Assembly: GCF_000143415.4 (NCBI RefSeq)
Contig: NW_003314269.1
Location: 148,401-212,400 of the forward strand
DNA length: 64,000 bases
From: Selaginella moellendorffii
Lineage: Eukaryota > Plantae > Lycopodiophyta
Reading direction: 5' to 3'
Position 1 is the stretch's first letter. Every line of letters starts with the position of its first letter. Position numbers and translations under genes: made by a program. The notes beneath the pieces were generated by a model. That model searched no databases. It had not been told where the DNA came from and worked only from the letters and a program-made list of their open reading frames with translations. Below are positions 12,411-24,053 of this stretch, one piece after another.

Positions 12411-13051
12411 GACAATCGAGGCCGGACTCGCTGGCGAATGTGCACTGTGTGTGCAGCGGATCGTAGCAGCAAGGCTACTCTGCCACTTACAGCTGGAGAG
12501 TGGCGCTGAAATCTCCCAGAACGCCAAGTGGGCTGCGTGTGGGTGGCGGAGTGGGCGGCGGAGTTGGCGGAAAAGTTACAAACTGGGTGTGTCTTGAAGT
12601 GGACGCCGATGCACACGAGCGCGATGCGAGCGCGAGTGTGATGCAAGCGCGAGTGGACGCCGATGCACACGAGAAACCTATAGAGAAGGTAGATGAGCGC
12701 GAATGTGAGCGTGATCGCGACTGGGAGCGCGATGGGAGCGCGAGTATGAAGCAAAATGCAAAACCTAACCTCACACGCGCGAAATGTCACGACGGTTGGT
12801 AATCCCGCAACGTCATCATTCCTCGGACTTGGGCGCCACCATTAATTTCTGGATCGCCGCGCGCATGTATGCATGTGAAATCCAAAAGAAATCCGCAACG
12901 TCATCATTCCTCGGACTGCATGCACGCGAAATCCAAAAGAAAGATCATGATTGGGATATCATTTAATACCCTCGCTATATTTATACCATGCATGATTGGA
13001 TATTCCAAATCATCTTGTATTTCCAAAAATGCCAGATGTTCAGCTAAATAA

Positions 13052-14983
13052 AGAATGGTATACAATGTCTTTCTTGATGACCCTGCAAAGAAGCATCTCG
13101 ATCGGACACCACATGAGACCACACGAGCCTTACAATGTTTCAGGGGCATTTGCTATAGATCCGACCGTTATTTTGCTCCAAGATTCTACAGTTTGGTGTG
13201 CATTGACCTTTCCATCGACACTGCAAAGGGACATCACAATCAGATGCGGGATCACAAGAAACTAACTTCACTAACTCTGGTTTCACCAAGATCTACGTAA
13301 GGAGTTATGAAATGAAAGGACCCTCTCTATTGAAATGTGTTTATGGTCCTAGGGGCATTGTGACATATGAAAGGATTTTGCATCAAGTTCTGTATTTGCA
13401 TGTTTATCAAGTTACTGAATTGCTAAACCCTAAACCCTCCCTAAATATGTGGCAAATGCTGTGTGAAGAAAGATGCCCTTTTTGGGCAAATGCTGTAAGA
13501 GGTAGATGCCGAGCAGTTACACGGGGAATAATCTTGGCGCGGATCGCTGACATAGCATGGCAAAGTTCGAATCACTGACATGGCACAGCTGGATCGAGGC
13601 AAGGACATGATGTGACAAAGTTCAACGTCCGACAGCAAAGTCTAGAAGCTACTCAGTTTGAAATTTGTCAGAGGAATTATAAGATCTGGTTTGTCAGAGG
13701 ATTTGATGTGACGTTCAAGCGTGTGGGCTCATGCAATTTTGATCCCAAAAAATGCACCAAAAAATGCTCGGCGTCATCTGGCGTTATCTCTTAAATGGCG
13801 TGGGGCCACATGCCATTTTAAGGGGCACATAGGAGTATATTCCTAGAATATTCTAACACGCGCGAGATTTTTTTGAGTTTTCTGGAGATCCAACCGTTAG
13901 ATCGCAACTAGATTTTACAGAATGGTATACAATGTCTTTCTTGATGACTCTGCAAAGAAGCATCTCGATCGGACACCACATGAGACCACACGAGCCTTAC
14001 AATATTTCAGGGGCATTTGCCATAGATCCGACCGTTATTTTGCTCCAAGATTTTATAGTTTGGTGTGCATTGACCTTTCCATCAACACTACAAAGGGACA
14101 TCACAATCAGATGCGGGATCACAAGAAACTAACTTCACTAACTCTGGTTTCACCAAGATCTACGTAAGGAGTTATGAAATGAAAGAACCCTCTCTATTAA
14201 AATGTGTTTATGGTCCTAGGGGCATTGTGACATATCAAAGGATTTTGCATCAAGTTCTGTATTTGCATGTTTATCAAGCTATTGAATTGCTAAACCCTAA
14301 ACCCTAAACATGTGGCAAATGCTGCGTGAAGAAAGATGCCCTTTCTGGGCAAATGCTGTAAGAGGCAGATGCCGAGCAGATGTATCTCAGGCTAGCGAAG
14401 GGGAAAAACGAAAGCTAGCTATAAACATGACGGGATGCAAATAGATTACTAGGCTGGTCCTGCGAAAATCAGAAACCATAATTGAAAACATTGAAAATGC
14501 AAAAAGAAAGGTTTATAATATTTTTGAATTTTAAGCAACCAAAGGAATGTAAGTAGGGCATGTGTTTGTAAGTTTAAAAATGCCTCAACCACTTAAATTC
14601 CCAAGTAAATAAAGTTGTTTCTATTTTTGGTACAGGTAAACTTTATAGCGTGTGGGCTCATGCAATTTTGAACCCAAAAATGCACCAAAAAATGCTCAAC
14701 TAGCATTATTCTTTGAATGGCGTGTGGCCTTATATTGCCATAAATGGACGTACACACACAACATAATTATTCCTTTACACGGCGAATAATCTTGGCGCGG
14801 ATCGCTGACATGGCATGGCAAAGTTCGAATCACTAATATGGCACAGCTGGATCGAGGCAAGGACATGATGTGACAAAGTTCAACGTCCGACAGCAAAGTC
14901 TAGAAGCTACTCAGTTTGAAATTTGTCAGAGGAATCATAAGATCTAGTTTGTCAGAGGATTTGATGTGACGTTCAAGCGTGTG
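13052..14983 (+). repeat. Internal segmental duplications within the DNA transposon
   Basis: 13052-13516 matches 13919-14379; 13517-13723 matches 14775-14983; 13716-13800 resembles 14645-14720. This explains the duplicated short ORFs in the ORF track. Confidence 0.92.
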
Positions 14984-15493
14984 TTATTTTTGAATTCTCG
15001 AACTCATTCCTAGGTCTATCATTTTTGTGCGCCGTGTTCTTGGTTCCGCTGAGCGCAGTGAGTGCTGCTTGTGTAAGCGGCGTTGTGAGATGTGGTTTAT
15101 GCGTCTACGAGCGGTTGCGGCATTGCGAGCGCCATTGCGAGCGGCAGTTTATGCGAGTGGCAGTTTGTGCGAGCGGCGCTACGAGCAGTTGTGGTGGTGC
15201 GAGCGGCGCTACGGTACCACTAATGGTATGAGGGCTCATGCCATCTTAGGGCTTGCAAGTTCATCACTAGCATATTGCCAATAGTTTCTTTACCTGCCTG
15301 TAGCTGTGTGTTTATCAAGATGGCATGAGGCCTCATGCCAATTTTGTGAATGCGAAATTTCACGTGGGTGTCAATAGCATGTTTGAATAATGGCATGTGG
15401 CCTCATGCTATTGAGGTTGTTTAGTATGTTATGAATTAGGCCATTCTCTAATCATTTTTTGTATGGTCTTAACTTCTTTTCTGCACTTTCAGA

Positions 15494-16710
15494 ATGGCCT
15501 CCACAAGTGCGACGCATGTTCCCTCCGTGGATCTTAAGAACCGTGCTACATGGATTCAGGCAAAGGTGTTTCTAAACAACCTCGAGGGGGAGGTGGTAGC
15601 TGAGGGCTTAGCCACAGTTGTCAATCCAAGAGATGTGGTTGCTAATCAAGAATTGGGCTGGGATGATATTGGAGTTGCGATTTTAGAAGTTGTTGACACA
15701 GAAGAAAACAGTCTGACTATTGGAAGCATTGTGCGGTGGAAATTGAGGCACTTAGTGTTTGAGAATGTGAAGGATTCACAATCAAACACCACTACAACTG
15801 ATGACAGAACATCTCTTCATGGGAAAAGAAAGTACACCTTCCTAAAGCGCAGCCAAAGGGATTTGAGCAACAAACCGAAAAGGCAGAAAATGGCGATGGA
15901 GGTTCGAATGGTCTCGACAGTTGCTTGTTGCAAGAGGAGGTGCTGTCAACATGCTGATTGGGATGCTATTGAAGAGGAGAGAGCAAGATACAAGACATTG
16001 TCCTGGAAGGCAGCTCGCAATTTTGTGTATGAGGCATTACGGTCATCTGTTGATGCTTCAGAACATCAGGTGGGGGGCATGGTCTTCCAGAGGGGTTTGG
16101 TTTGCATGAAGGCATGGAGAATCATTTATGGAGTCCCTCAAACCACATTCTACAGAATCAAAACTGAGTTCGAAGAACAAAGGGTTCAACAGGCAGTCCA
16201 TAGGAACGACGGTACTCACAAAACCAGAGGTCATGTTGTATATGGAGAGGCAATCTTCAAGAGGTTTGTCGAGACATGTAGCGAGCAGCAACCACATAAA
16301 ACCCGCCTCTTGGAAGATGGAACTCGAGACACCCAACGAGTTCTCCCTTCCATGTATACCAAGGGGGCCATATTGGAAGATGTGAATCGGGAATTCCAGA
16401 GTAATGGCACAGGAAGTTGAGCCAATCTAGATTTAGTAGATTGTGGAGCAACAGGTTCAGGGATGTGAGTATAGGAAAGTACTCCAGCTTTTCAAAGTGT
16501 GACGAGTGCACTGCTATCAAAATGGCTTTGTCGAAGAATTCTTGCATCGCTCAAGAGCGAGAGACGTTGGTTAGAAGGTGGCTCGACCACAACATCGAGC
16601 AGAGAAGCTGCAGGACTACATATTATCATAACAAGTTCTCTCCATGGAGAGACCTGACTCTTACCTCTGCATCATCCACGACAAAATGGACTAGAAAAAG
16701 ACGTGCATTG
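15494..16710 (+). pseudogene. Truncated Sola2-like transposase with an N-terminal Tnp1/En-Spm-like domain
   Basis: Motifs CCKRRCC, VCMKAWRIIYGV, H.N.GTHK, LPSMYTK, then (frameshift) FSRLWSNRFRDVSIGKYSSFSKCDEC..H..Q..CR..YY, then (frameshift) YLCIIHDKMD*KKT, which resembles the Sola2 DGMDQxK first catalytic Asp motif. Coding similarity stops at ~16710. Confidence 0.7.
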
Positions 16711-19700
16711 AATAATATCTAAATGTTCTCACCATTAAGTTATATGTCTGGCTAATAGGAATGATGTTCATCTTGGAAAGCTCACCACACGCTCAATGAA
16801 CAAACAAATAGTGTGTGCGCGCATGCCATCGCTCTTCTTTAGCTTCAGATTCGGCTTGTTCACCTTGACAATGAGATTTATTATACAACCAGATGGACTC
16901 AGTCTGGACACAAAGTCACCGCGCTAGTCACCATGCCCCAGATATGTCTAGCCCCTGGACATAAAACATATAATTTCACGTCATTTTCAAATACTTGAAA
17001 ATTTGTACCTAGTCCCATTTTACTGAATAAATCCCACTTTAACGAAATAGAGCTTTTTTACTTTTACCTCTGCTTCCATTACTTTTGTCCCCCCACTATT
17101 TCCTCCTATATTTCCATCTTATTTTGCTCTTCCCTTTTTTGATCCCTTTGACAATTTTTGTGTTGCAGTGGTTGACTGGCTCATGAAAGAGTATTCTGAT
17201 CTCTTTGACTTTGACCTATTGTCTGGGGCCAAGATTACCACAAGTCATCCGATTCCAACTAGGGATGCTTGTCCAATCAAGGTTCTTGTTCATCGTCGAT
17301 CACCCAAAGAGATCAATATTTTATGTGTAAATGTCAAGGAGATGTTGGAGAAAGGTGTTATTCAAAAGTCGCAGAGTCTTTGGCCATGTGAACCTCATCT
17401 TGTGATGAAGCTTGATGGGAATATTCGTTTCTGCATCGACTATCATCCATTAAATGAAGTGATGATCCCGGATGTATACCCTCTTCCTCACACTGCTGAT
17501 CTTTTGGATCGTCAGAGGTGAAATCGTTAGTTCACCAAACTAAATCTTGCTTCTGGGTACTGGCAAGTACTGATGGCCAAAGAAGATATTCTTAAGACTG
17601 CTTTTCATACACCATTTGGTTTGTATGAGTTCTTGGTGATGCTGTTTAGTTTAAACAATGCTCCAGCAACTTTCTAATGAATGATGGATGGGGTTCTTTG
17701 CAATATATCGAAGATGACTATTGTTTGTGATATTTGTGATGTTTGTAATGTGTTGGATCGGCTACAAAATGTTGGTTTAAAGCTGAAGTGGTCAAAGTGC
17801 ATGTTTGGGTCCAAAGACTCAACTTATCTTGGGTATTGTATTTTTTGTGAGGGTTTGCAAATTGATCCTGACAAACTTGTGGCTATTCTAAAGTTCCCTA
17901 CTTTGAAGTGTGTGAATGATGTGCAACACTTCTTGGGCAAGGTGTAGTATCTCGGTTGTTTTGTGGATCATCTTTTTTATCGCACTGTATCATTGCGAGC
18001 GTTACTGAAGTCATTAACGTCATCTTTCATCTGGTCTCTGGATTGTGAGCTGGCATTCGTGGATCTCAAAGAGCTATTGATGACTCCTCCAGTTTTGGTA
18101 TATCCTAACTACACTCGACTTTTTATTTTGTGCGTGGATGCTTCTGACATTGGTCTTGGAGGAGTGTTGATGCAAGAAAGCTTGAGTGTGCTTAGTCAGC
18201 ATCATCCTATTGTGTATATAAGCCGTACATTATAACCAGCGGAGATGAACTACTCCATGATAGAGAACGAGTGTTTAGCAGTAGTTGAGAAACTTCATGA
18301 GAAACTTCATGCATATTTACATGGTTCTTGAACGTTACTTGAAGGTGACCATGCTACCATTACTTCATTATTGAAGTGGAAGAACCTAGTTGGTCGTACT
18401 GCTCGGTGGGCTTTGAAGTTTTAGATATATGATTTTGATGTTGTTCATCACTTAGGGAGTTCTATGGCTGATGTTGATGCCTTTTCTCGAGCTCCTCTTT
18501 CTTCTCCACTCTCTTCTCATGTTTCTGGCGAGCCTGTTGTTTTAGCATCTGTGGATTTTCTAGACGAGGATTCTATGTTGTCGACAGTTGCTATACTTGA
18601 TATTCAGTGTCCACAAGGCGCAAAGCAAGATCTACCTTCTCTTGATGGGGTTCGCGAGGCTCAAAAGCTTGAGCCGTGTATTCAAAGGCTTCGAGGGGGG
18701 TTTGAGAATCCTAGATCACTTGCTGATGACTTGCCTTTTCAGCATTTACATTCTCAATATTGCCTTGAAGATGGCCTTCTTTATTTTGTGGAGATGGATC
18801 CTGATGATCATTTATGGCTGGTGGTGCCTTCTGTCTTTATTCCATGGTTTCTCCATGCCTACTATGATTCTCCTGTTCTAGGTGGGCACATGGGACATTG
18901 TCGTGTAACTGAGAAGCTGCGCAAGTCTTTCTATTGGCTGGAGATGCGACATGATGTTATCTGGTATGTCCATAGCTGCGTTTGGTGCCAAGTTCATAAT
19001 ACTCCCCCTCGTGCCGCGGAAGGACGGTTTGGAGTCAATTGCATCCCATCTGTTTGAGTTAGTGGCGTTTGATCTTATGGGACCTTTTCCACGGTCGACT
19101 GTTGGCAATGAGTATGTTATTATTGCTTCTGACTACTTGACTCGTTGGGTGGAAGTTGGTGCTCTTACTAGTGCCTTTGCAACTGTTGTTGGATACTTCC
19201 TCTTCAATTAAGTGGTGTTTCAGCATTCTTGTCTAGTGTGGATTCTTTCGGATAATGGTCTCGCATTTATGGCTGAGGCATTTCATGTTTTGACATCTCA
19301 CTTAGGGATACGCCACACTTTCATGAGTGCTTATCATCCACAATCAGATGGTCTAGTGGAATGGCTCGTTTGGACATTTAAAGGGATGATTGCGAAGTAT
19401 GTGAGCTTTCAGCATTCGGATTGGGATGGTTATTTGCCATCTTTTTGGTATGCATATATCACAAGGGTGCAGAGTTCTGTTGGTGCTTCACCATATAAAC
19501 TCCTATATGGTCAACCAACGGAGCTAGGTTTACCTTCGCAATTGCTACAAGCTGCTAATGATAAGTTGTGGGATCAGTATTTGATGAGCATTCTTCCACT
19601 TGTCTGAGTAAAGTCTGCTGAACACTTAAGCCGTGTACAAGTGGGACAACAATAGTGCTACAACTCCCATCATCGTCCACCTGCGAAATACAAAGTGGAT

Positions 19701-19774
19701 GATTTAGTGTTAATCCATTTTCCCCATCTTACAGTACGTGATTTATCTAAGGGGCTTCTTGTGTAGTAGAAAGG

Positions 19775-20823
19775 TGTAAACTCCTGAGTTTGGACTTCCT
19801 GGGAGGTCACCCAGCTCAGTATTATTCAAACCCAAGGACGCTTAACCCCAAATATCCCAAGACCCTTAACCGATTGAAAAAAGGGGTGCACTCTTGTTCA
19901 TGGGCCCTTTCCCTCTATATTTGAACCCTATAGATCGTCTCTCAAGTCGTTTTCTTTGGTTTCTTACAATCCACCACACTTCCCTGCAAGTTCATGCCCT
20001 CGTGAACGGAAGTTGAGAGCTGCAGCTCTCCCGAGAGCCCCGCTCTCTTGACACCCTACCCCTCGGGCTCTCAAGTTGTTCTCTTTGGTTTCTTACAATC
20101 CACCACGCTTCCCTACAAGTTCATGCCCTCGTGAACAGAAGTTGAGAGCTGCAGCTCTCCCGAGAGCCCCGCTCTCTTGACACCCTACCCCTCGGGCTCT
20201 CAAGTTGTTCTCTTTGGTTTCTTACAATCCACCACGCTTCCCTACAAGTTCATGCCCTCGTGAACAGAAGCTGAGAGCTGCAGCTCTCCCGAGAGCCCCG
20301 CTCTCTTGACACCCTACCCCGAGAGCCCCGCTCTCTTGACACCCTACCCCTCGGGTCGAGCCCAGCGGAAGCAAACTAGACCAGCCAGATGTCAATCAAC
20401 ATGTGGTGTGATTCCCTTAGCCAACCAATAGAGTCGGACCTGAGACCGCTTTGATACCAAATGTAACCTCCTGAGTTTGGACTTCCCAAGAGGTCACTTA
20501 GCCCAGTACCAACAGAGTCGGACTTGAGACCGCTTTGATACCAAATGTAACCTCCTGAGTTTGGACTTCCCAAGAGGTCACTTAGCCCAGTACCAACAGA
20601 GTCGGACCTGAGACCTCTCTGATACTAAATGTGAGCTCCTGAGTTTGGACTTCCCGGGAGGTCACCCAGCCTAGTACTATTCAAACCCAAGGACGCTTAA
20701 CCCCAAATATCCCAAGACCCTTAACCGATTGGAAAAGGGGGTGCACTCTTGTTCATGGGCCCTTTCCCTCTATATTTGAACTCTATGGATCGTCTCTCAA
20801 ATCGTTCTCTTTGGTTGCTTACA
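19775..20823 (-). mobile_element. Cassandra-type TRIM with 5S rRNA-like LTRs
   Basis: 194-bp LTRs at 19775-19968 and 20630-20823 (TG..CA), perfect 5-bp TSD AAAGG (19770-74 / 20824-28), minus-strand PBS TGGTATCA(A/G)AG (tRNA-iMet) and PPT GGGAAGTGTGGTGGAT, non-coding interior. LTRs contain GTTAAGCGTCCTTGGG..TAGTACTAGGCTGGGTGACCTCCCGGGAAGTCC (5S A-box to C-box) at 20647-20701, with a variant at 19792-19846. Confidence 0.93.
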
Positions 20824-21068
20824 AAAGGACCGTATCAGGTGTTGCAGCAAGTTGGACCACAAGTTTATGAGGTTCGGCATGACGTCCAGCAGGCCGATCC
20901 TCTAGAGATTGTGTATGTGTAGCAATGGAAACGCTTTATACAAAGGGATCAGGAGCAGTCAATACCACTTATAGATCCACTGATACCTCCTCCTGACGTT
21001 CCTCTAGATCCCGGCCCATTTACAAGAGAACCTTGATGGTTTTTCATTATTCCGAGAGGAGGGGATGA

Positions 21069-21225
21069 TGTCAGGGCCAAGTGTATGGCTATGATGCTGT
21101 ATACTAATATTAGTATTAGCTATCAGATTGATTTCAATTTGGACCACTTGCTCCTATATATAAATTAGGGTTTTTGGGCTAATTGATATGCACATTTTCT
21201 GTATTCCCTTTCCATATTCCATGCA
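21069..21225 (+). repeat. 3' LTR of Gypsy element (lacks the final CTCACA of the 5' LTR)
   Basis: Matches 4840-5007 and is preceded by the PPT. Confidence 0.9.
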
Positions 21226-21372
21226 ATATAATTATTTAAAATAAAAATCTCAAACATAGAGAAAACAATAATTACCTTCAAATTAATATTAAATCTAAAC
21301 TAAAAAGAATATAAAAAAATAGAAGTTTATTTCACTCTAAAAAGAGGCAGAATAGACTAACCAAAGAATATT

Positions 21373-21781
21373 CTATTTCTTGAGCAAGAGTGGCCCAACA
21401 TTGTCACCAGTGGCTTTGTTGTGCTTCATGTGAGACCCATCACACAGAGGAAATGTTCCAGATCTCCAACACCTGTTGGAAGTAAAAGCCATTCCAGTTA
21501 GATGTAGTCCCAATACAATCTCTAGATGGAAACTAAGAAGTGAAAAGCGTTACTCACCTGCAATATGCTGTCACCGGCTTGGAGATCTCTCCCACCACCA
21601 CTGTGTCGACCACTTTCTCCACGTCTTTTCGGATAGAGGGATTGAGCACCACCGATGATGCTTCTCCCTCCTGGACCTGAGCACGCACTCTCACGCTCCT
21701 CGACGATGCAAGAGGAGTTCTCACTGCTGCTGGTACCACTGCTAGCTGAAATCCGGTACCGAGAATGCCACCCCCCACCAT
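21373..21781 (-). CDS. NEET: CDGSH iron-sulfur (NEET) protein, plastid-type transit peptide, 2 exons
   Basis: Spliced AYCR|[32 protein letters not shown]. Confidence 0.93.
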
Positions 21782-21958
21782 TGTTGTTGTTGGAACCTGG
21801 AAGCCACACGCCCGGCACACGAGAAATATCCTCAGTCTAGTGGCTCTGGTCGAAAACACGTGGCGAGTCGATGGCCGTCCGTGACGAAAGAATACTGCTG
21901 TCGTGTAGCTATCTATAGCGTCGAAAATGTACGTCGATCGATGAATGAACGTGTTTCT

Positions 21959-23768
21959 CTAGAGTGACTGCTGCCTGGGAATGAGCTCCAAACCGGCTTC
22001 GAGGTCCTCGAGAGTGATGGACACGAGCTCGTCCGAATCGCAGCAGTCCAGGTCTAGTCTGTAGTCGAGGTGGTCTTTGGCGTTGGCGAGCAGCGGCCAG
22101 ACGAGGCCACCATTCATCTCGCTGCGCTGCTTCTCTGTTGTCTTGCGGTCCAGGAGCTCCGCAATGGCTCCTGCCGTGCATCCCGGTTCGAGCTTGAGGC
22201 CGAAGGTTGGCGAGTCTTCGTGTTGCTCTTTGAGCTTGAGGTGGATCATCTCTGCCAGCTCCTCTGTGCTGAAGTCGGGGAAGTGGAAGAACCTGGTCAC
22301 CCTCCGGCAGAAGCCTTCGTTGCTTGCGATGACCCGCTTCATGGGCTCTGCGTAGCCAGCAAAGATCACCACTACCTTGCCACTGTCCATGACTGACATG
22401 ATCTCCTCCAGCGCCTCAACTCCGTAGTCCTTGTCATCTGCTTTCTGCGCTGGTATCAGTCTGTAGGCCTCGTCCACGAAGAGAATGCCTCCTTCAGCTT
22501 CTCTGATCTGAACAAGGAAAAAGAGAGACAGAAACATTAGAAGGCGTTCTACGTAGAGATAGATGCTTACTCTTTTCCTTGTTTTTGGGCCCGTGTGACC
22601 GACGAACTCGCCAACCAGATCAGTTCGCTGGACCTCAACAACTTTATCGCATTCCAAGACGCCAACCATGTGTAAGAGTTTGGCTAGCAAACGCGCAATC
22701 ATGGTTTTCCCTGTTCACGACGGTCAGAACTTCTGATGAGCATAGAACTCTACAAAAAAAAGCATGGCTGCATACCTGTACCGGGATTGCCAAGGAATGC
22801 CATGTGAGGCAGCTTTCTTTTGGGAACGTTCAAGCCAAGGCTTCGTCGTTTCTCGTCCAGGAGCATTCCTTTAGCCCACTTGCGAAGCTGGAGCTTGAGG
22901 TCGTCTAGACCGACAATTTTCTCAAGTTCTTTCTCCAGCTCCAGCATCTTCAGCTTTGAGCCCGACAACGCTTTTTTCGCTTTCTGCCTCCTCTGCAGAT
23001 CGAGCTGGCGCTCCAGCATTTCCTGCAGCTTCTCGTTTCCCGAGCTCTTCGGAAGGTGGCTTAGCGGAGTGAGCTTCTCCTGTTCACAACTTGAGTACGA
23101 TCAGGGAAAGAAAAAGAACAAATTGCATACGTTGTCCTCCAGAGATACGTCAGCGTTGTGCTCCAGGAGCACCTCGACTGCTTTACAGTCTTGCGCTCTC
23201 ACGGAAGACCAGACAGCCAAGTGCAAAGGCGTCATTCCATTCTGAAAAAAAAAAGCATTGAGTCTACGTAAACATTGGAGGAGGCATAGAAACTTACCAG
23301 AGCCTTGGCTTCTTTGCGCGCGTTGTGCTTCAAGAGTACTTTCAAAGCGCCGGTAGAGCCATTCTTCGCTGCTAGATGCAGCGCAGTCTCTCCATACTGC
23401 GAGAGAGCGACTAAAAACTGAAGTAGACAAATGACAGTAAAGCATACGTACCATGTTCGTAGCCTCGAGATCGGCTCTCTCCGGTCCATTCCATTCGAGC
23501 AAGAACCTCACGGCATCATCCTGGTTGCTGGCAGCTGCCATTTGCAAAGGGGTCTGGGACATCTGCCGTAGAAGAGAAGATTTCAGACAATCCATTGCTA
23601 GAGCCGAGAAAGAGGGAAATCACTCGAGGAACTCACCACAGGGTTTCGCGAGTTGATCAATGACGGATTTTGGTGAAGCAATACGCGCAATCCATCGATA
23701 TCGCCCGACTGCGCCAGAGAATGGCAAGTCACCGGCCTGGCCGAGCGGATCTGCTGCCGCGGATGCAT
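21959..23768 (-). CDS. Ankyrin-repeat + CbbX/CfxQ-like AAA+ ATPase
   Basis: Ankyrin motifs (TPLQMAA, ETALHLAA, MTPLHLAV), Walker A HMAFLGNPGTG|KT, Walker B GGILFVDEAY. Confidence 0.92.
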
Positions 23769-24053
23769 ATTTCAGAGCCGCTGCCGCCGAGCGATCGATT
23801 TGGAGAAGAATCGATCGAAACGAGGAACTAAAGGATCCTAGAATGTAGCTCCTCCGGATCGTCGAGGCGCGCAACGCGCGAAACCCTGGCCCGCGCTCTC
23901 CCCTTCACAGCTGCCCTAGCGTGTGGCGCCTCCACCACCATGGCCTCGAGCTGGCAGTGACCCATATGGCCCAATAGAGGTACGACACGAACTACCAAAT
24001 GGCACGAAATTGTGCGCCACTTGTACGGCTTTATCGAGCTAGGTTGTTTTGAA

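Larger units (their letters stand above)
7731..15411. repeat. Dispersed 22-bp palindrome family, consensus ATGGCRTGWGGCCWCAYGCCAT (>20 copies)
   Basis: Copies start at about 7731, 8403, 8558, 8694, 8854 (degenerate), 8952, 9087, 9183, 9288, 9429, 10928, 12204, 12264, 12341, 13716, 13795, 14645, 14717, 15223, 15320 and 15390. 15321-15340 is a perfect 20-bp palindrome. I saw none outside the TIRs. Confidence 0.9.
7335..17055. mobile_element. TIR-bounded DNA transposon (~9.7 kb), Sola2-like, inserted between Gypsy protease and RT
   Basis: Left end AAGCTCTATTTTGTTAAAGTGGGA (7335-7358) is the inverted repeat of right end TCCCACTTTAACGAAATAGAGCTT (17032-17055), with 1 mismatch. Flanks are cttt / tttt (short T-rich TSD; exact ends +/-1-2 nt). 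Gypsy sequence resumes on both sides. Confidence 0.85.
4840..21225 (+). mobile_element. Ty3/Gypsy LTR retrotransposon (defective), interrupted by two nested insertions
   Basis: 5' LTR 4840-5013 (TG..CA) is followed by PBS TGGTGGAGAAGAGG (tRNA-Ala-like, inferred). Gag remnants lie at 5296-6100, protease at ~6950-7260 (VLVDT...FDLILGMDWL), then RT (IRFCIDY), RNaseH (VDASDIGLGGVL) and integrase (GHMG..C..C, SDNG, HPQSDGLVE) at 17168-19770. PPT GAGAGGAGGGGATGA precedes the 3' LTR 21069-21225. Many stops and frameshifts. Confidence 0.93.

Noticed and set aside
13422-14308. Telomere remnant
   Set aside because: Only 2-3 CCCTAAA units within duplicated transposon sequence.
20376-20573. 65-aa ORF with a repeated peptide
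   Set aside because: By-product of the 84-bp tandem duplication in the TRIM.
19792-20701. 5S rRNA genes
   Set aside because: Only ~55 nt of the internal control region, embedded in LTRs; the 5' part and oligo-T terminator of a 5S gene are absent.
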